A stretch of DNA of 64,000 nt, taken from positions 124,001 through 188,000 of the IMG/VR virus record IMGVR_UViG_3300031857_000002; one strand, given 5' to 3'. The stretch's first letter is position 1. Each line of letters begins with the position of its first letter. The notes under the pieces were generated by a model that did no database searches, was not told the origin of the DNA, and was given only the letters and a program-made list of their open reading frames with translations. Positions 25,845 to 36,248 of the stretch are shown here, piece after piece. Position numbers and translations under genes: made by a program.

Positions 25845-26183
25845 TTAAACAACACCACGCACATCTGTGTTTAAATTGGGTTTGTGCTCACGGATCAATT
25901 CACGCTCTAATTTATGAGCGTCAGTTTTGCCGCGCACAACGTCCACAACCACCAAGTTAAATGTGTCAACACCACGCTCACGCATGCACTCATATAGTGC
26001 CCAGGATTTGTCTTCTGAACGTGAGCGATATACGTGTTTGTTAAAACGCACTTGAGCACTCTTGTTAACAGTGCTTTCAGTCTTGGCTGTGACACCAATG
26101 TAGAAGTCAGCACCACTTTGCAACATATAGATGATATGTGTACGATCGGTGCGCTTTTTACGTGATTGCTTTTTAAGTTCCAT
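25845..26183 (-). CDS. GIY-YIG nuclease-family protein (apparently leaderless)
   Basis: IIY...FYIGVT, RF..H, E..LI, PNLN; ATG 6 nt after TATAAT. Confidence 0.7.
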   Translation of the reverse strand: MELKKQSRKKRTDRTHIIYMLQSGADFYIGVTAKTESTVNKSAQVRFNKHVYRSRSEDKSWALYECMRERGVDTFNLVVVDVVRGKTDAHKLERELIREHKPNLNTDVRGVV

Positions 26184-26189
26184 ACAAGT

Positions 26190-26218
26190 ATTATAGCAAA
26201 TCGGGCATTTCTGGTCAA
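26190..26218 (-). promoter_or_regulatory. sigma70-type promoter
   Basis: TTGACC-N17-TATAAT. Confidence 0.8.
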
Positions 26219-26273
26219 CCAAAATAATGTGGCAAAAAAGCCACAAAAATACGGTAATACTTGAGTATTACCC

Positions 26274-26360
26274 GGATAATCCAATAATATTATCGATAAT
26301 CCCTGATAATATTATAGTGGATTATAGTGAATTATAGTCAATCTAATAGATTGGGATTAT
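26274..26360. repeat. AT-rich short repeat cluster
   Basis: GATAATCC..ATAATATTAT x2 and ATTATAGT x3 at a divergent strand switch. Confidence 0.55.
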
Positions 26361-26393
26361 TTGGTCAACTGTTTTGTGTTTATAAGTATTTCC

Positions 26394-27455
26394 ATGAACT
26401 TTGATCCTTACACACAAGAGCCCATCCATCGCAAAGGAATTTGGAACAGTGGGTGCTTGTCACAAGAGCAAGCTACTTTAGATTATTTTGAAACCACGCT
26501 AACTAATCTTGGCTGGCAAAGAGATGATCAGCAACGACGCAATTGGCATCGTGGAGATAAAAAAGTTGTGCTATGTCTAGTTGACGACATACGTGATTGT
26601 GCCGACAACTATCATGTGGATGTACCTTACATGTTTGATCGCAACACCACAGTTATCACCGACAACTATATTGGATGCCCAACACAATATCGAGTTTGGC
26701 AGTTGCCTCCTAGCTTTTACGGAATCTACAGTCACAATGAACTCATGCCAGAATGGCAACCAGATCGACAGTTTTGTTTCAGTGTGAACAGGATTGACCC
26801 TCGACGACTCAAACTCGTGTTAGAGTTGGCCAAACGTGTACATCTACACAAAGGTTATGTAAACTTCAACTGTCAAGATCAATTTGATGGTGACACATTT
26901 GGTGGCACTGATCGTTTGCCTGCAGTATTTGAAAAATACTGGAACAATGAGTTGTCTGATGACGACAAGGCACTATGGCAAGCCAGTTATAAACTATTAG
27001 CACCACAAATGCCACTGAAAAATTATGACATTGCACATCATGAAATATACACTCGCAGTTGGTTAACTATTGAATGTGAAACCTACAGTAGCGATAACAC
27101 AGTAGCACTCAGTGAAAAAATCTTTAGACTGCTTACGTTACCTGTGCCATGGACAGTATACATGGGACGTTATGGAGTGGCGTACTTAGAAAGTCTTGGG
27201 TTTGATTGTATGAGTGATATGATTGATCACAATCATTATGACAAACTCAAAGTTGTAGAAAACAGAATAGGTATTTTTGTGTGGAAAAGCATTAGTGATA
27301 CATCAAAAGTGCTAATGAATGGAAATCAAGATCAAATACGTGCCCGATGTTTAAAAGCAGCCACTTACAACAGAGAACTACTCAAGCTCTACAAAAACAA
27401 CTGGGACGCAGAATTTGAGCAATGGAAACAGGCCTATTTGTCTCACCTGGCATAG
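26394..27455 (+). CDS. putative glycosyltransferase (GT10/GT-B-like)
   Basis: ECET...LSEKIFR..LESLGFD..DH..YD motif; paralog of 28113..29087. Confidence 0.5.
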   Translation: MNFDPYTQEPIHRKGIWNSGCLSQEQATLDYFETTLTNLGWQRDDQQRRNWHRGDKKVVLCLVDDIRDCADNYHVDVPYMFDRNTTVITDNYIGCPTQYRVWQLPPSFYGIYSHNELMPEWQPDRQFCFSVNRIDPRRLKLVLELAKRVHLHKGYVNFNCQDQFDGDTFGGTDRLPAVFEKYWNNELSDDDKALWQASYKLLAPQMPLKNYDIAHHEIYTRSWLTIECETYSSDNTVALSEKIFRLLTLPVPWTVYMGRYGVAYLESLGFDCMSDMIDHNHYDKLKVVENRIGIFVWKSISDTSKVLMNGNQDQIRARCLKAATYNRELLKLYKNNWDAEFEQWKQAYLSHLA

Positions 27456-28084
27456 ATGTCCCAATTAATATGGTTTCTAGCCCAGTCAACTGAAAACTCA
27501 AAGGTATCTTCCTGTGTGTCAACATAGCGTTGCATCATAGCAATACGTTGATCAACATCATGCAAATGATGTGCAGTGGTATGGTCACCAATTTCTAACC
27601 ATTCAATCCTACCAGCATCGTTGACTCGTAATGCAATATCAGCGCCGCGTCCAAATCCTGTAACCCGCATAAGATCTCGATTGGTATGTATTTGACGCCA
27701 ATCAGAATACTCCCCAGCTTGGGAAATTGGCACAACAACCATCACACTTACTGTACCCGGGTCCGGCAACAAATTCAAGCTCATTAGCCTAGTGTCACCA
27801 CAATCTACTACCAGCTGTTCGTTGTGTTTGTGTACCAGCACCGGCTTGCGTATGGGTTCAGCACCTAGTCGTTGATACATCCAGTTGACCCATAGCAGCC
27901 TGGCTATTTCATCTTGATGCGCATACTTCCATTGACTTAGATCACGCACACTTTGCAGTTGTTGATTTACTGTGCGCACACTTTGTTCTAGTGTGCAAAC
28001 TGGCTGTAGATCTTCCACAGGCCATTGTGAGTGATAAAACATAGCCCATTGATCGCCCAGTGCTTGTTCAATTGTTAGTTCCAT
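27443..28084 (-). CDS. hypothetical protein, possibly ParB/Srx-like
   Basis: PIRKPVLV...VVDCGDTRL. Confidence 0.4.
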   Translation of the reverse strand: MELTIEQALGDQWAMFYHSQWPVEDLQPVCTLEQSVRTVNQQLQSVRDLSQWKYAHQDEIARLLWVNWMYQRLGAEPIRKPVLVHKHNEQLVVDCGDTRLMSLNLLPDPGTVSVMVVVPISQAGEYSDWRQIHTNRDLMRVTGFGRGADIALRVNDAGRIEWLEIGDHTTAHHLHDVDQRIAMMQRYVDTQEDTFEFSVDWARNHINWDIYAR

Positions 28085-28112
28085 GCAGTATTTACAGGTT
28101 AAATAGATCACT

Positions 28113-29087
28113 ATGAATTTTGGACAATTTTTTAATAAAACACTAGGCCCAATGGGGTTTGACATAACTCCAAATCGGTACCATGCTTACCGGGGAGAGT
28201 TTGATGCTGAGAATGGCTGGGACTTGTGGCTAGACAACATTGAGTTCACTCCTAAAACATTGGCAGTGGTACACTTTCCTGATTTTGTAAAAATGAATGG
28301 TAGTCGTGTGTTAGAACTAGAAAAAGTTGAACAGTTTTATGGCGCCAACTCAAATCAAGTTCTTGTCACATACTGGACCAGTGACATGGATCAGTACTAC
28401 ACAGGTCCCTTGAACTTGATCAAATTTAGCAATCACAACTATGACATGTGTAATGCACTGGCACAAGGGTTTGATCAATGGAAAGATATTCTAGGCAAAC
28501 CACGTACACATGCCTGGCAATGTTTGAATGGCAGAATTACTCCTCACAGATGTCAAGTTGCTTATATGTTAAAAAACTGGCACAATGGTTGGGTGAGTCT
28601 CGGACAAGAAATACCTTTGCCAGAGTGGGACTACAGCAGATATTTTGGTTGCGATAACTTTCCTAACTTTCTAGCACTGAAATATGTGTACGGATCAGCG
28701 GCTGTTAATGTTGTGACAGAAACACAATACACAGAAGCCACAGGTATTGTTACAGAAAAAACACTGCTGGCCATGGCAGCAGAACAGATACCCATTGTGA
28801 TTGGTCATCGAGGCATTGTGGATCAGTGTCGTCGTATGGGGTTTGACATGTTCGACGACCTAGTAGATAACAGTTACGACACCATGCCAAATGAATCTCG
28901 AGCAGAGATGGCACTGCGTCTAAATCAAGATGTTATCTGTGGCAAGATTAATCTTGAACCTTATCGTGACAGACTTGAACGTCAACGTGAGTATGTGTTG
29001 TGGGGCTTGCCTGATCGCATGGAGCGTGAATTTGTAATACAGGCTCGGGCACTAGCCGACAGATTACTGCCGGCTTATGCCCCTTAG
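28113..29087 (+). CDS. putative glycosyltransferase (GT10/GT-B-like)
   Basis: NVVTET..VTEKT..GFDMFDDLVDNSYD. Confidence 0.5.
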   Translation: MNFGQFFNKTLGPMGFDITPNRYHAYRGEFDAENGWDLWLDNIEFTPKTLAVVHFPDFVKMNGSRVLELEKVEQFYGANSNQVLVTYWTSDMDQYYTGPLNLIKFSNHNYDMCNALAQGFDQWKDILGKPRTHAWQCLNGRITPHRCQVAYMLKNWHNGWVSLGQEIPLPEWDYSRYFGCDNFPNFLALKYVYGSAAVNVVTETQYTEATGIVTEKTLLAMAAEQIPIVIGHRGIVDQCRRMGFDMFDDLVDNSYDTMPNESRAEMALRLNQDVICGKINLEPYRDRLERQREYVLWGLPDRMEREFVIQARALADRLLPAYAP

Positions 29088-29429
29088 GAACTTTTCAAGA
29101 TCTCCGTACAAGGAATACATTGTGGCTTCCTTGCTGCCAAATAATAATAGTTTGGGTTTCTTGCCAAGAAAGATGTAGTAAGGACATGTGAGCTTGCGAT
29201 CAAGTGTTAGTAATTGCCCAGGCTTTGCTGGCATACTTGCAGGAACGTCAAACTCGTAATGTGCAATTTCCAATTGACTAAAAACAAAAAAGCCCTCGGC
29301 AGTTAAGCGTAGGCCTGCATGTTCGTCGGGGTTTTTCCACCACTCTTGTAGTGCTTGATCTAGCGTGGGTTTGATCTCCCACTTGAGTTGATCTAATATC
29401 TGTTGAGTTAGAAAGATCTTATTGGGCAT
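29064..29429 (-). CDS. hypothetical phage protein
   Basis: GLRLT..G and LDRKLTCPYY; in core-like operon. Confidence 0.65.
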   Translation of the reverse strand: MPNKIFLTQQILDQLKWEIKPTLDQALQEWWKNPDEHAGLRLTAEGFFVFSQLEIAHYEFDVPASMPAKPGQLLTLDRKLTCPYYIFLGKKPKLLLFGSKEATMYSLYGDLEKFLRGISRQ

Positions 29430-29715
29430 TGGGGAACACTTGCGCCCCTTGCGTTAACAGTACCACACTAAATTTGTCTGTTTTAAACTGCGTGTTGAGT
29501 TTGCGAGCCAAGTTGATTGCGTGGCCAGGATTTGAAAAACTGACCTTTTTGTACTTGGGTCCAGGATACTGTGTCAGCATGTTGCTGGTCTTTAGGTTGA
29601 TAGGTTTTGAGTCATAGAACACAGCCCACACTCCTTCCGACGCTAGCACTTGCTCGGTCTTGTAAGTTTGTTTGTTTGTGTGCTCTATTAACACACTGGG
29701 TTTAGGTCTGCTCAT
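29419..29715 (-). CDS. hypothetical phage protein
   Basis: MSRPKP...GPKYKKVSFSNPGHA; AGGAG RBS and TAAATA upstream. Confidence 0.7.
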   Translation of the reverse strand: MSRPKPSVLIEHTNKQTYKTEQVLASEGVWAVFYDSKPINLKTSNMLTQYPGPKYKKVSFSNPGHAINLARKLNTQFKTDKFSVVLLTQGAQVFPNAQ

Positions 29716-29756
29716 TGATAAACTCCTAGCATTATTTATGCTAAAAACTGGGTACT

Positions 29757-29960
29757 TTAAAAAGTACCTCCGGTCAATTCAACCTTTACTACCTCATCAA
29801 CTTTGCTCTGATCTTCACGAAGTTTCTCAAGTGTTAGCAATAACTTGGTAATATCTGCGTGTAGATCCTTGGCGTCTTTGAGCGGTAATGTAACATCTCT
29901 GCCGCCGCGGCTTTCTTGTGCTTTAATTAAATCAATAAAGCGATTTATATGTAAACTCAT
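29757..29960 (-). CDS. hypothetical phage protein
   Basis: Translationally coupled ORF. Confidence 0.6.
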   Translation of the reverse strand: MSLHINRFIDLIKAQESRGGRDVTLPLKDAKDLHADITKLLLTLEKLREDQSKVDEVVKVELTGGTF

Positions 29961-30367
29961 TTGTTTTCCTGTTCAAGTTCGGCCATTTTGGCATGGTACC
30001 GATCCCAGTAACTGTGATACACAGCATGATTCTCTTGGCTAATGGTGTTCATCCACTTCACGTGAACTTCCTGATTGCGCCATTTGATCTGCACATTATA
30101 CTGATCAGTTCGATCATGAAAGCAATCACCAGCGGCAATGGCAGCGTGTACCGCTTCCTCGTGTATGCGATCCTGCTCCAGCCATTCGGCATTTTCTTCA
30201 GGAGTGAGGTATTTTTCTCCCCACTCATTGATAGTAATCTTGCCATGCTTGACTGTGATTACTTTGTCGTAATCAGGATCGTCGCCAAATGTGGTATCAA
30301 CTTTTGTGGTCACTAGCTTCTTCTTTAGAGTGGAAAGGTCCTTGATACTTGTAGCGTTCAAGTACAA
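29957..30367 (-). CDS. hypothetical protein (true start probably near 30313)
   Basis: ORF overlapping the upstream gene. Confidence 0.5.
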   Translation of the reverse strand: MYLNATSIKDLSTLKKKLVTTKVDTTFGDDPDYDKVITVKHGKITINEWGEKYLTPEENAEWLEQDRIHEEAVHAAIAAGDCFHDRTDQYNVQIKWRNQEVHVKWMNTISQENHAVYHSYWDRYHAKMAELEQENK

Positions 30368-30743
30368 TTAGTTTGGGGTTTTGTACCGGTTTCCAGTTGC
30401 GATGTTGTTTGATCATGTACCATCCAGCGGCGTACCATGATTTACTTTTGGTGTCTTTGGTAAACAATGGTAATTTGTGCTTGACGTCCCAGATAGGATT
30501 GTGTGCTCTGCATCCAGTGGGATATCCATGAACCACATCCATGGCCGGCTTGGTTGTTTTCTCTGCTGGCTCGAATTCCACATTCTCACGTTTGCGCAAC
30601 ATGGGAATGGTTTTGTACAATCCTGTTTTGTTCTCAATGGTTATTTGATAACCATCATTGACTGCTTGAATATTGCCAACTTTTTGGTCGTCTTTTTTCA
30701 AGATCCAATATTCGTTATCAACTACTGGTTTGGCGTGTATCAT
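30297..30743 (-). CDS. hypothetical phage protein
   Basis: LPLFTK..KSKSWYAAGWY..PKLI.LERY.YQGPF. Confidence 0.65.
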   Translation of the reverse strand: MIHAKPVVDNEYWILKKDDQKVGNIQAVNDGYQITIENKTGLYKTIPMLRKRENVEFEPAEKTTKPAMDVVHGYPTGCRAHNPIWDVKHKLPLFTKDTKSKSWYAAGWYMIKQHRNWKPVQNPKLIVLERYKYQGPFHSKEEASDHKS

Positions 30744-31737
30744 TTAATACTCCTTTGTATGTTTCATTGAGCCATCGACTGATTGTATCAGCTTGGTCAC
30801 TGAGCTTGGTCAGCTCGTACTTGCCACAAAACTTCATGAAATGTGCGCCTACCATGCCCACATCTTTGTGACTAAGTTGTTCACGGATTGCGGCATCTAC
30901 AGTTGCCTTGACCGCATCCGGTTGTGCGTTGAGATCGATCAATGTACAGTTACGTTCATAATCGTCCAACACTCTGTGCTCTTCGCCGTTGTGGTCGGTC
31001 CAGCGTTGAAGCATCATGTTGTTCCACGAGTATCCTCGCTTGTCTCTGTCGGCAAAGGCCTCACGGAGACCAACTTTATTCTTTGTCCCTTTTTCACGTA
31101 CTCCCGGATAAGCAGAGAAGACATTGTCGGAGGTGTCGCCACGCATGCACTTCTCAAATAATAGCCAGGACGGATCCGGGATGGTTTTTGGTTGTTTAGT
31201 TTTTTTATCTGTAACAGGCTTACCCTTGGCATCAAATATGCCCTCCAGTGTGATCAATTCATCTGTGATGCCATTGTATTGTGTGACGTTAGGTGCCACC
31301 AACTGTACAAAGTCTGTATCTGAACTAACTACTACGTGATCGTCTTGGGGGTGTAATGATATCCAACGTGCAATGATGTCATCTGCTTCGGCTGTTGCGC
31401 AACGGATCACACTGCAATTGGTTCGGTCTGACAAGTATTTAGTCAGATTGTCATAGGTTTCCCAAAACAGTTTATCTTCGTCTGCTTCGTCCTCGGTCAT
31501 TTTACCACGTGCTACAGCGCGATTCTTTTTGTAGGGTTCGTAGTAGTCCTTGCGCCACGAGCGACCTTCTAGTGCGAAAATCACGTGATCTGCTTGAAAA
31601 CGCTTGGCTACTTTGTTGGCAGCCATCATTGTAACGTGTAGCGCAAAGCCCAGTTTAGTCCAAGTGTCACTGGCTCTGTGGGCACCGTGACGTGCTCGGA
31701 AAAACATGTTGGCTGTATCAATAAGTAGGTATTTCAT
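30718..31737 (-). CDS. rnh: T4 RNase H-like 5'-3' exonuclease/flap endonuclease
   Basis: LIDTAN, SWRK..Y..YK.NR, EADD, SSDTDFVQL, GDTSDN. Confidence 0.88.
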   Translation of the reverse strand: MKYLLIDTANMFFRARHGAHRASDTWTKLGFALHVTMMAANKVAKRFQADHVIFALEGRSWRKDYYEPYKKNRAVARGKMTEDEADEDKLFWETYDNLTKYLSDRTNCSVIRCATAEADDIIARWISLHPQDDHVVVSSDTDFVQLVAPNVTQYNGITDELITLEGIFDAKGKPVTDKKTKQPKTIPDPSWLLFEKCMRGDTSDNVFSAYPGVREKGTKNKVGLREAFADRDKRGYSWNNMMLQRWTDHNGEEHRVLDDYERNCTLIDLNAQPDAVKATVDAAIREQLSHKDVGMVGAHFMKFCGKYELTKLSDQADTISRWLNETYKGVLNDTRQTSS

Positions 31738-32446
31738 TTGGACTCAATAGTTGGTTGCGTTTAATGTATTGTAACACATATTCCGCCCAATAGCAATGGG
31801 CATCTGGCCCAAAATGCCAACTATTTGGATTAACCGTTTTGAATCCTTGCCGCTTTAGTACCGAATTGTAAGTCATTTCGTCATCATATGGATGCATGTA
31901 GCTAGCACCCCAGGCTCTTTGGTCAGTAATACCACCAAAATGGCTATTGCCATTAAACATAACATGGCGTATGCCCAAATCATCTAGCTCTCGGTGGAAT
32001 GCCCAAATCTCTCGGTGGGCACGTTGCCTGCACTCTTCCCAATTTACATCAATGACAAATTGTTTGTAGCGTTGGTGTAGTTCGTCAGGAACGTCGTCAA
32101 TGCCACTGGCATTAACTTGAAAGTCATGCCCTTCGTGCCACCACTCTTCTCGTTCCCACGTAGTCCATTGGATGACCATGAAGCAATCTTTGACTGCATC
32201 AGGATTGGCCTTGATCCATTCTCTTGTGGTACGCATGATACGTGTGTTTGAACAACCGGCTTGTGCATCCAGATACAAGATAGCACGTAGCCAATTGGCT
32301 AATTCACAACCAAAACTCACACGTTCATTGTCAGGATGTGGTTGTCGACCCAGTCCATAAAACAATCCATCATCCTGTGCCCAGGCATGTGGATTTACTG
32401 CTTCAGCAGCGGCAGCATGACTATCACCGTTTACATATAGAATCAT
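31718..32446 (-). CDS. SGNH/GDSL-like protein
   Basis: NGDSH, G.SN..I.R, C-terminal HFGPDAH. Confidence 0.6.
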   Translation of the reverse strand: MILYVNGDSHAAAAEAVNPHAWAQDDGLFYGLGRQPHPDNERVSFGCELANWLRAILYLDAQAGCSNTRIMRTTREWIKANPDAVKDCFMVIQWTTWEREEWWHEGHDFQVNASGIDDVPDELHQRYKQFVIDVNWEECRQRAHREIWAFHRELDDLGIRHVMFNGNSHFGGITDQRAWGASYMHPYDDEMTYNSVLKRQGFKTVNPNSWHFGPDAHCYWAEYVLQYIKRNQLLSPNEIPTY

Positions 32447-33092
32447 AGACTTGTCGTTGGTTCATGTAATCAACTAAGGTCTGTGCCCAGGCGGCATGCG
32501 CATCTTCATTGTAGTGTTGCCAGCCAGGTGTGATTTCTTCAAACTCATGTTCCACACAGTAGTTGATATAGCAAAGATTTTGCTGGTAAGGATGGAAAAA
32601 GCATTCGTCCCAGTCCAGTTGTTCGGCTGTGTTAGCAACCTGGAACGCATTGAACGCATTGAAAAACAAGTGCGGAATGCCACGCTCTTTGAGAATCAAG
32701 TGCAGGTTATAGATCTTGTTGTGCCAGTAGTAGCCCATCACACGATGCCACTCGCCTTCTTTCTGAATGTGATTTTTCCAGAACTGATATCGTCGGCGAA
32801 ACTCTTCAGGAATACGCTGACCAACATCCAACTGATTGATCTCGTGGAAAGCACCTTCAAAATACCATTGCTCACGACCATGCTCAGTCCACCCAATCAC
32901 CACAAGGTCCGGCTTGTTATCTTTAAGATACTCAAGTGTGGAATTGTAGATCAAGTCGTTGCTAGCACCACTCACTGATAGGTTAGTGCCTGTTCCGCCA
33001 AGATGTCTTGATATCTCACCAATCATGCTACGGCTGCGGTCTTGCAACTCCTCGCCATTCATGTTGGAGTCACCGTTAAACAGTATGTTCAT
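32424..33092 (-). CDS. SGNH/GDSL-like protein (tandem paralog)
   Basis: NGDSN, SGASN, HYNEDAH. Confidence 0.6.
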   Translation of the reverse strand: MNILFNGDSNMNGEELQDRSRSMIGEISRHLGGTGTNLSVSGASNDLIYNSTLEYLKDNKPDLVVIGWTEHGREQWYFEGAFHEINQLDVGQRIPEEFRRRYQFWKNHIQKEGEWHRVMGYYWHNKIYNLHLILKERGIPHLFFNAFNAFQVANTAEQLDWDECFFHPYQQNLCYINYCVEHEFEEITPGWQHYNEDAHAAWAQTLVDYMNQRQVYDSICKR

Positions 33093-33561
33093 TTTTAAGT
33101 ACCTTTAGAGTTTCAGCATGTGCCACACGCTTACGCAGGCTTGAGCTAGAGAAAGAGTGATCTCGACCATTGAATACTAGTTCAATTCCACGCTCACTAC
33201 CTTCCCATCTTCCAGTAAACTCTTTGTCAGCATATTCTACTCCTAGAATTCGAACGTCCAATGGTAGAATTAGCAAGAGGTCAATAAGGTCTTGTTCAGT
33301 TTGGTACACCACAACTTCGTCCACATAGCGACAGGCTGCAAGTTGAATCTGTCGTTCTACAATACTTTGTATAGGTTTGTTCTTGGTATCAGGTCTATCA
33401 ATTGTGGGATCAGTTTGTAGTCCACAGATCAAGTAATCGCAGTGATTTTTAGCTTCGCTTAACATGGCAACATGGCCAGCATGCAACATGTCAAAGGTTG
33501 AGAATGTGATGCCGATCTTTTTGCCTTGTGCTTTTAGTTCTTTGATGTGATTGAAAATCAT
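33076..33561 (-). CDS. cytidylyltransferase-family protein (TagD-like)
   Basis: STFDMLHAGH (HxGH), YVDEV, R.H.FSSS. Confidence 0.8.
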   Translation of the reverse strand: MIFNHIKELKAQGKKIGITFSTFDMLHAGHVAMLSEAKNHCDYLICGLQTDPTIDRPDTKNKPIQSIVERQIQLAACRYVDEVVVYQTEQDLIDLLLILPLDVRILGVEYADKEFTGRWEGSERGIELVFNGRDHSFSSSSLRKRVAHAETLKVLKNEHTV

Positions 33562-33953
33562 GACACTTCACTCCTGCCGTTGCCAATGTCTTTACTCTGC
33601 ACCCAGATACCCGAGTTCTTGATCGCTTGCTCTTGTTCCCAAGTTTCCATAACAACGTGCCTGCACACATTCTGAAACCACTGGTCCACAATGTCTGCAT
33701 CTACTTTGCCTTGGTAGCCGGCCTTGATCAATCTAGCAACAAAGATATCATTCCAGTCTAGTTCAAACGCACCTTGATGTAGATTATTAAGATCCACATC
33801 CATGCCCAGCACAGCCACATACGGCTCGCCAGCTTCAGTAGCCAATTGCTTGGCTGTTTTTTCAGGAGCCTTGACTTTGGGAGTAGATGGCGTCTTGGCT
33901 TCTACAGGCTTTGCTTCCTTCTTGGGCTTTAAGAATCTATCAAACAAGCCCAT
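33558..33953 (-). CDS. hypothetical phage protein
   Basis: GEPYV..FELDWN..IVDQWF. Confidence 0.65.
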   Translation of the reverse strand: MGLFDRFLKPKKEAKPVEAKTPSTPKVKAPEKTAKQLATEAGEPYVAVLGMDVDLNNLHQGAFELDWNDIFVARLIKAGYQGKVDADIVDQWFQNVCRHVVMETWEQEQAIKNSGIWVQSKDIGNGRSEVS

Positions 33954-34798
33954 TATTTGCCCCAGCCATTGCCCCAAAGATCAACGTGTAATCTTGGGCT
34001 ATACCAGTAACCACGCTTGAGTGCTTCGTCTGCAACATTAATACGATTGCCATCGTACACACTGACAACACCACCTACGGGCATTACAAACACAGGACCT
34101 GCAAACTGTGCGAGTCTATATTCATCCACTGCACGATCCAGCTCGTCAAAGTCTTGAACTTTCTCAACCACAAACTTGAGATAAGTTATGCCATATGTTT
34201 CGAGATCAAAAATAATCTCTGGCTTGATTGCCTCTTCCCACTTCTCGCCCGACACACTTAGCTTGGGACTTACTGAGAATGTGATCTCACCGTGCCAGTT
34301 GCTCAGGTACAGTTTGAAGTCTCTTGATAGTTCTTGAGTACCATTGGTCTCAAATGTAATGTGACGCAGGCCACGTTCATGCAGTTTGTCCAGCAATGCA
34401 GGATACGCACGTTGCCACCCCAACAAAGGCTCACCGCCTGTGATAACCAAGTGTACAGGATTGCCATTGGGTTGTTGCCAGTTACCGTTGGGCAATAGTG
34501 CTGCCATCTTTTCCACTAGTTCATCTTCTGTGTAGGTAGGGCTGAGTTCTTTAAATGCAGGATGCCATGACGCATAGCTGTCACAGCCTGTGCTAACAAG
34601 AGGCAGCTCTTCAAATGTCTTGTAGAGATGCACACTCTTGGCAACTTCATCTGCTTCCAACGATGCCTCGCCTGGCTTGCAACCAAACCCCGAGCAGGTA
34701 AAGTTGCAACCAAACATGCGAAGGAACACGCTGGGAACACCAACGTAACGACCTTCGCCTTGTGCTGAATAGAATAGTTCTGATACTTTAAATTTCAT
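33953..34798 (-). CDS. queE: 7-carboxy-7-deazaguanine synthase (radical SAM)
   Basis: ELFYSAQGEG..GVPSVFLR..GCN, CDS, TGGEP, ETNGT, SPKL, RLH. Confidence 0.9.
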   Translation of the reverse strand: MKFKVSELFYSAQGEGRYVGVPSVFLRMFGCNFTCSGFGCKPGEASLEADEVAKSVHLYKTFEELPLVSTGCDSYASWHPAFKELSPTYTEDELVEKMAALLPNGNWQQPNGNPVHLVITGGEPLLGWQRAYPALLDKLHERGLRHITFETNGTQELSRDFKLYLSNWHGEITFSVSPKLSVSGEKWEEAIKPEIIFDLETYGITYLKFVVEKVQDFDELDRAVDEYRLAQFAGPVFVMPVGGVVSVYDGNRINVADEALKRGYWYSPRLHVDLWGNGWGK

Positions 34799-35463
34799 AA
34801 TCTTGTTACCTTTGTCATTCCTGTACGGTTAGGATCTTTATTTAGATTGATACTCTGCTCGTGCATTATAACACGAGTGTTTTGTTTTGTCACCCATCCC
34901 GGCAACACAACATCTAAATAGGCTAAATGCTCTGCAGGCGTAGGATGCGGATCTTGTCGATCAGGCCACCCTTCGGGATGCAATACCTTTTGGTAGCTGG
35001 GCAGAACACTATCAATTACATCTTGATACAAATCAATCACGTCTGAGTCACCGTCAAAGTTTGCCATGCTCATGAATTTCCATCTGATGTTGCGATGTTC
35101 TAGCAATGTTTTTATTGATTTAATATATGCTAGGTCTCTTATAAGGTACCCACGAGAGTCAACATGTGTTGTAAGATACTCTTTATCATAGATAGGACAA
35201 GTAAACATGTTGCCTAGCGTGTGCCATCTACCTTGTGCATATCGATCATCTCTGTGTACTGTAGTCCAACAAACAACTACAGTATCATTTGGACCAAATT
35301 GTGTTCGCTGATCGGCCTCTATAATACTGTTAAAGATGTAGCTGTTGCCAGCACCACTTTGTCCCCAATTTTCAACTGTGTCAAACTCAGGTTCTAAACA
35401 GTCAACCCAGGTACTCCAACGATAGTTAGTAAAACTACATCCAAATGCAAACAGTCTACTCAA
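34795..35463 (-). CDS. SGNH-like protein
   Basis: FGCSFT, GAGN, DPHPTPAEH. Confidence 0.55.
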   Translation of the reverse strand: MSRLFAFGCSFTNYRWSTWVDCLEPEFDTVENWGQSGAGNSYIFNSIIEADQRTQFGPNDTVVVCWTTVHRDDRYAQGRWHTLGNMFTCPIYDKEYLTTHVDSRGYLIRDLAYIKSIKTLLEHRNIRWKFMSMANFDGDSDVIDLYQDVIDSVLPSYQKVLHPEGWPDRQDPHPTPAEHLAYLDVVLPGWVTKQNTRVIMHEQSINLNKDPNRTGMTKVTRL

Positions 35464-36248
35464 ATTTTTCTTGCTTTAACTAACAAATGCCAGCCCAGAT
35501 ATTCTCTCACAGCCTGTCGATGTGACTCTGTCATGGCTTCAAACCAAGGTTCTAACTCGTAACGGCCTTCTTTGTACGCATCTACATTATACATAAAGCA
35601 ATGATCCTGACGGAGGCGTTCGATGTACCAGCCGTTGTCGCTGTTCATCAATTGGTGGATTTCATCTTTGCTGAATGCCTGTGCGTATGGACACCCTGCT
35701 TGTGCTTCAAATTGGTCAAGACCCTTTTGAATCATGGCATACTTCCAGGAGTTCTTGGCGTATACCATGTATCGGAATTCGCCACCATGCTTGACCACCT
35801 CATGTACATTGTCAATGATTTTGTCAATGCCTGGAAAGTGATGGATTACACCATAACTGTACACAAGATCAAACTCACCTAGTTTGGCAAGTGCTACTCC
35901 ATCAGTTGCATCTACATTGTAGAACTCGCCTTCAAGGCCTAGTGTTTCGAATCGTTGCTTGCTTAGTGCAATACTTTGATCGCTGAGATCAATGCCCACA
36001 TACTCAGCACCGTGTTTGGCAAACTCTTCGGCATCCGAACCAATCCCGCAGCCAATTTCCAACACACGTTTACCAGCCCACAAGTGAAACCCCGCAAACT
36101 CAGCAATGTGCGGCTCTACACGATAACGACGTTCGCTTACTTCTCGAAAGAACTCGGGTGTGCCTATGTCGCTTTGACCGTGCTTGATGTTGCACGGCTG
36201 TGTGTTCCAGTAGCGTTTAATACGCTCTTCAAGACTTAGTTGTTGCAT
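35460..36248 (-). CDS. class I SAM-dependent methyltransferase
   Basis: VLEIGCGIG, GIDLS, FDLVYSYGVIHH. Confidence 0.85.
   Translation of the reverse strand: MQQLSLEERIKRYWNTQPCNIKHGQSDIGTPEFFREVSERRYRVEPHIAEFAGFHLWAGKRVLEIGCGIGSDAEEFAKHGAEYVGIDLSDQSIALSKQRFETLGLEGEFYNVDATDGVALAKLGEFDLVYSYGVIHHFPGIDKIIDNVHEVVKHGGEFRYMVYAKNSWKYAMIQKGLDQFEAQAGCPYAQAFSKDEIHQLMNSDNGWYIERLRQDHCFMYNVDAYKEGRYELEPWFEAMTESHRQAVREYLGWHLLVKARKI

Noticed and set aside
25845-26183. Intron-encoded homing endonuclease
   Set aside because: Free-standing short GIY-YIG domain with its own promoter; no flanking split gene or DNA-binding extension.
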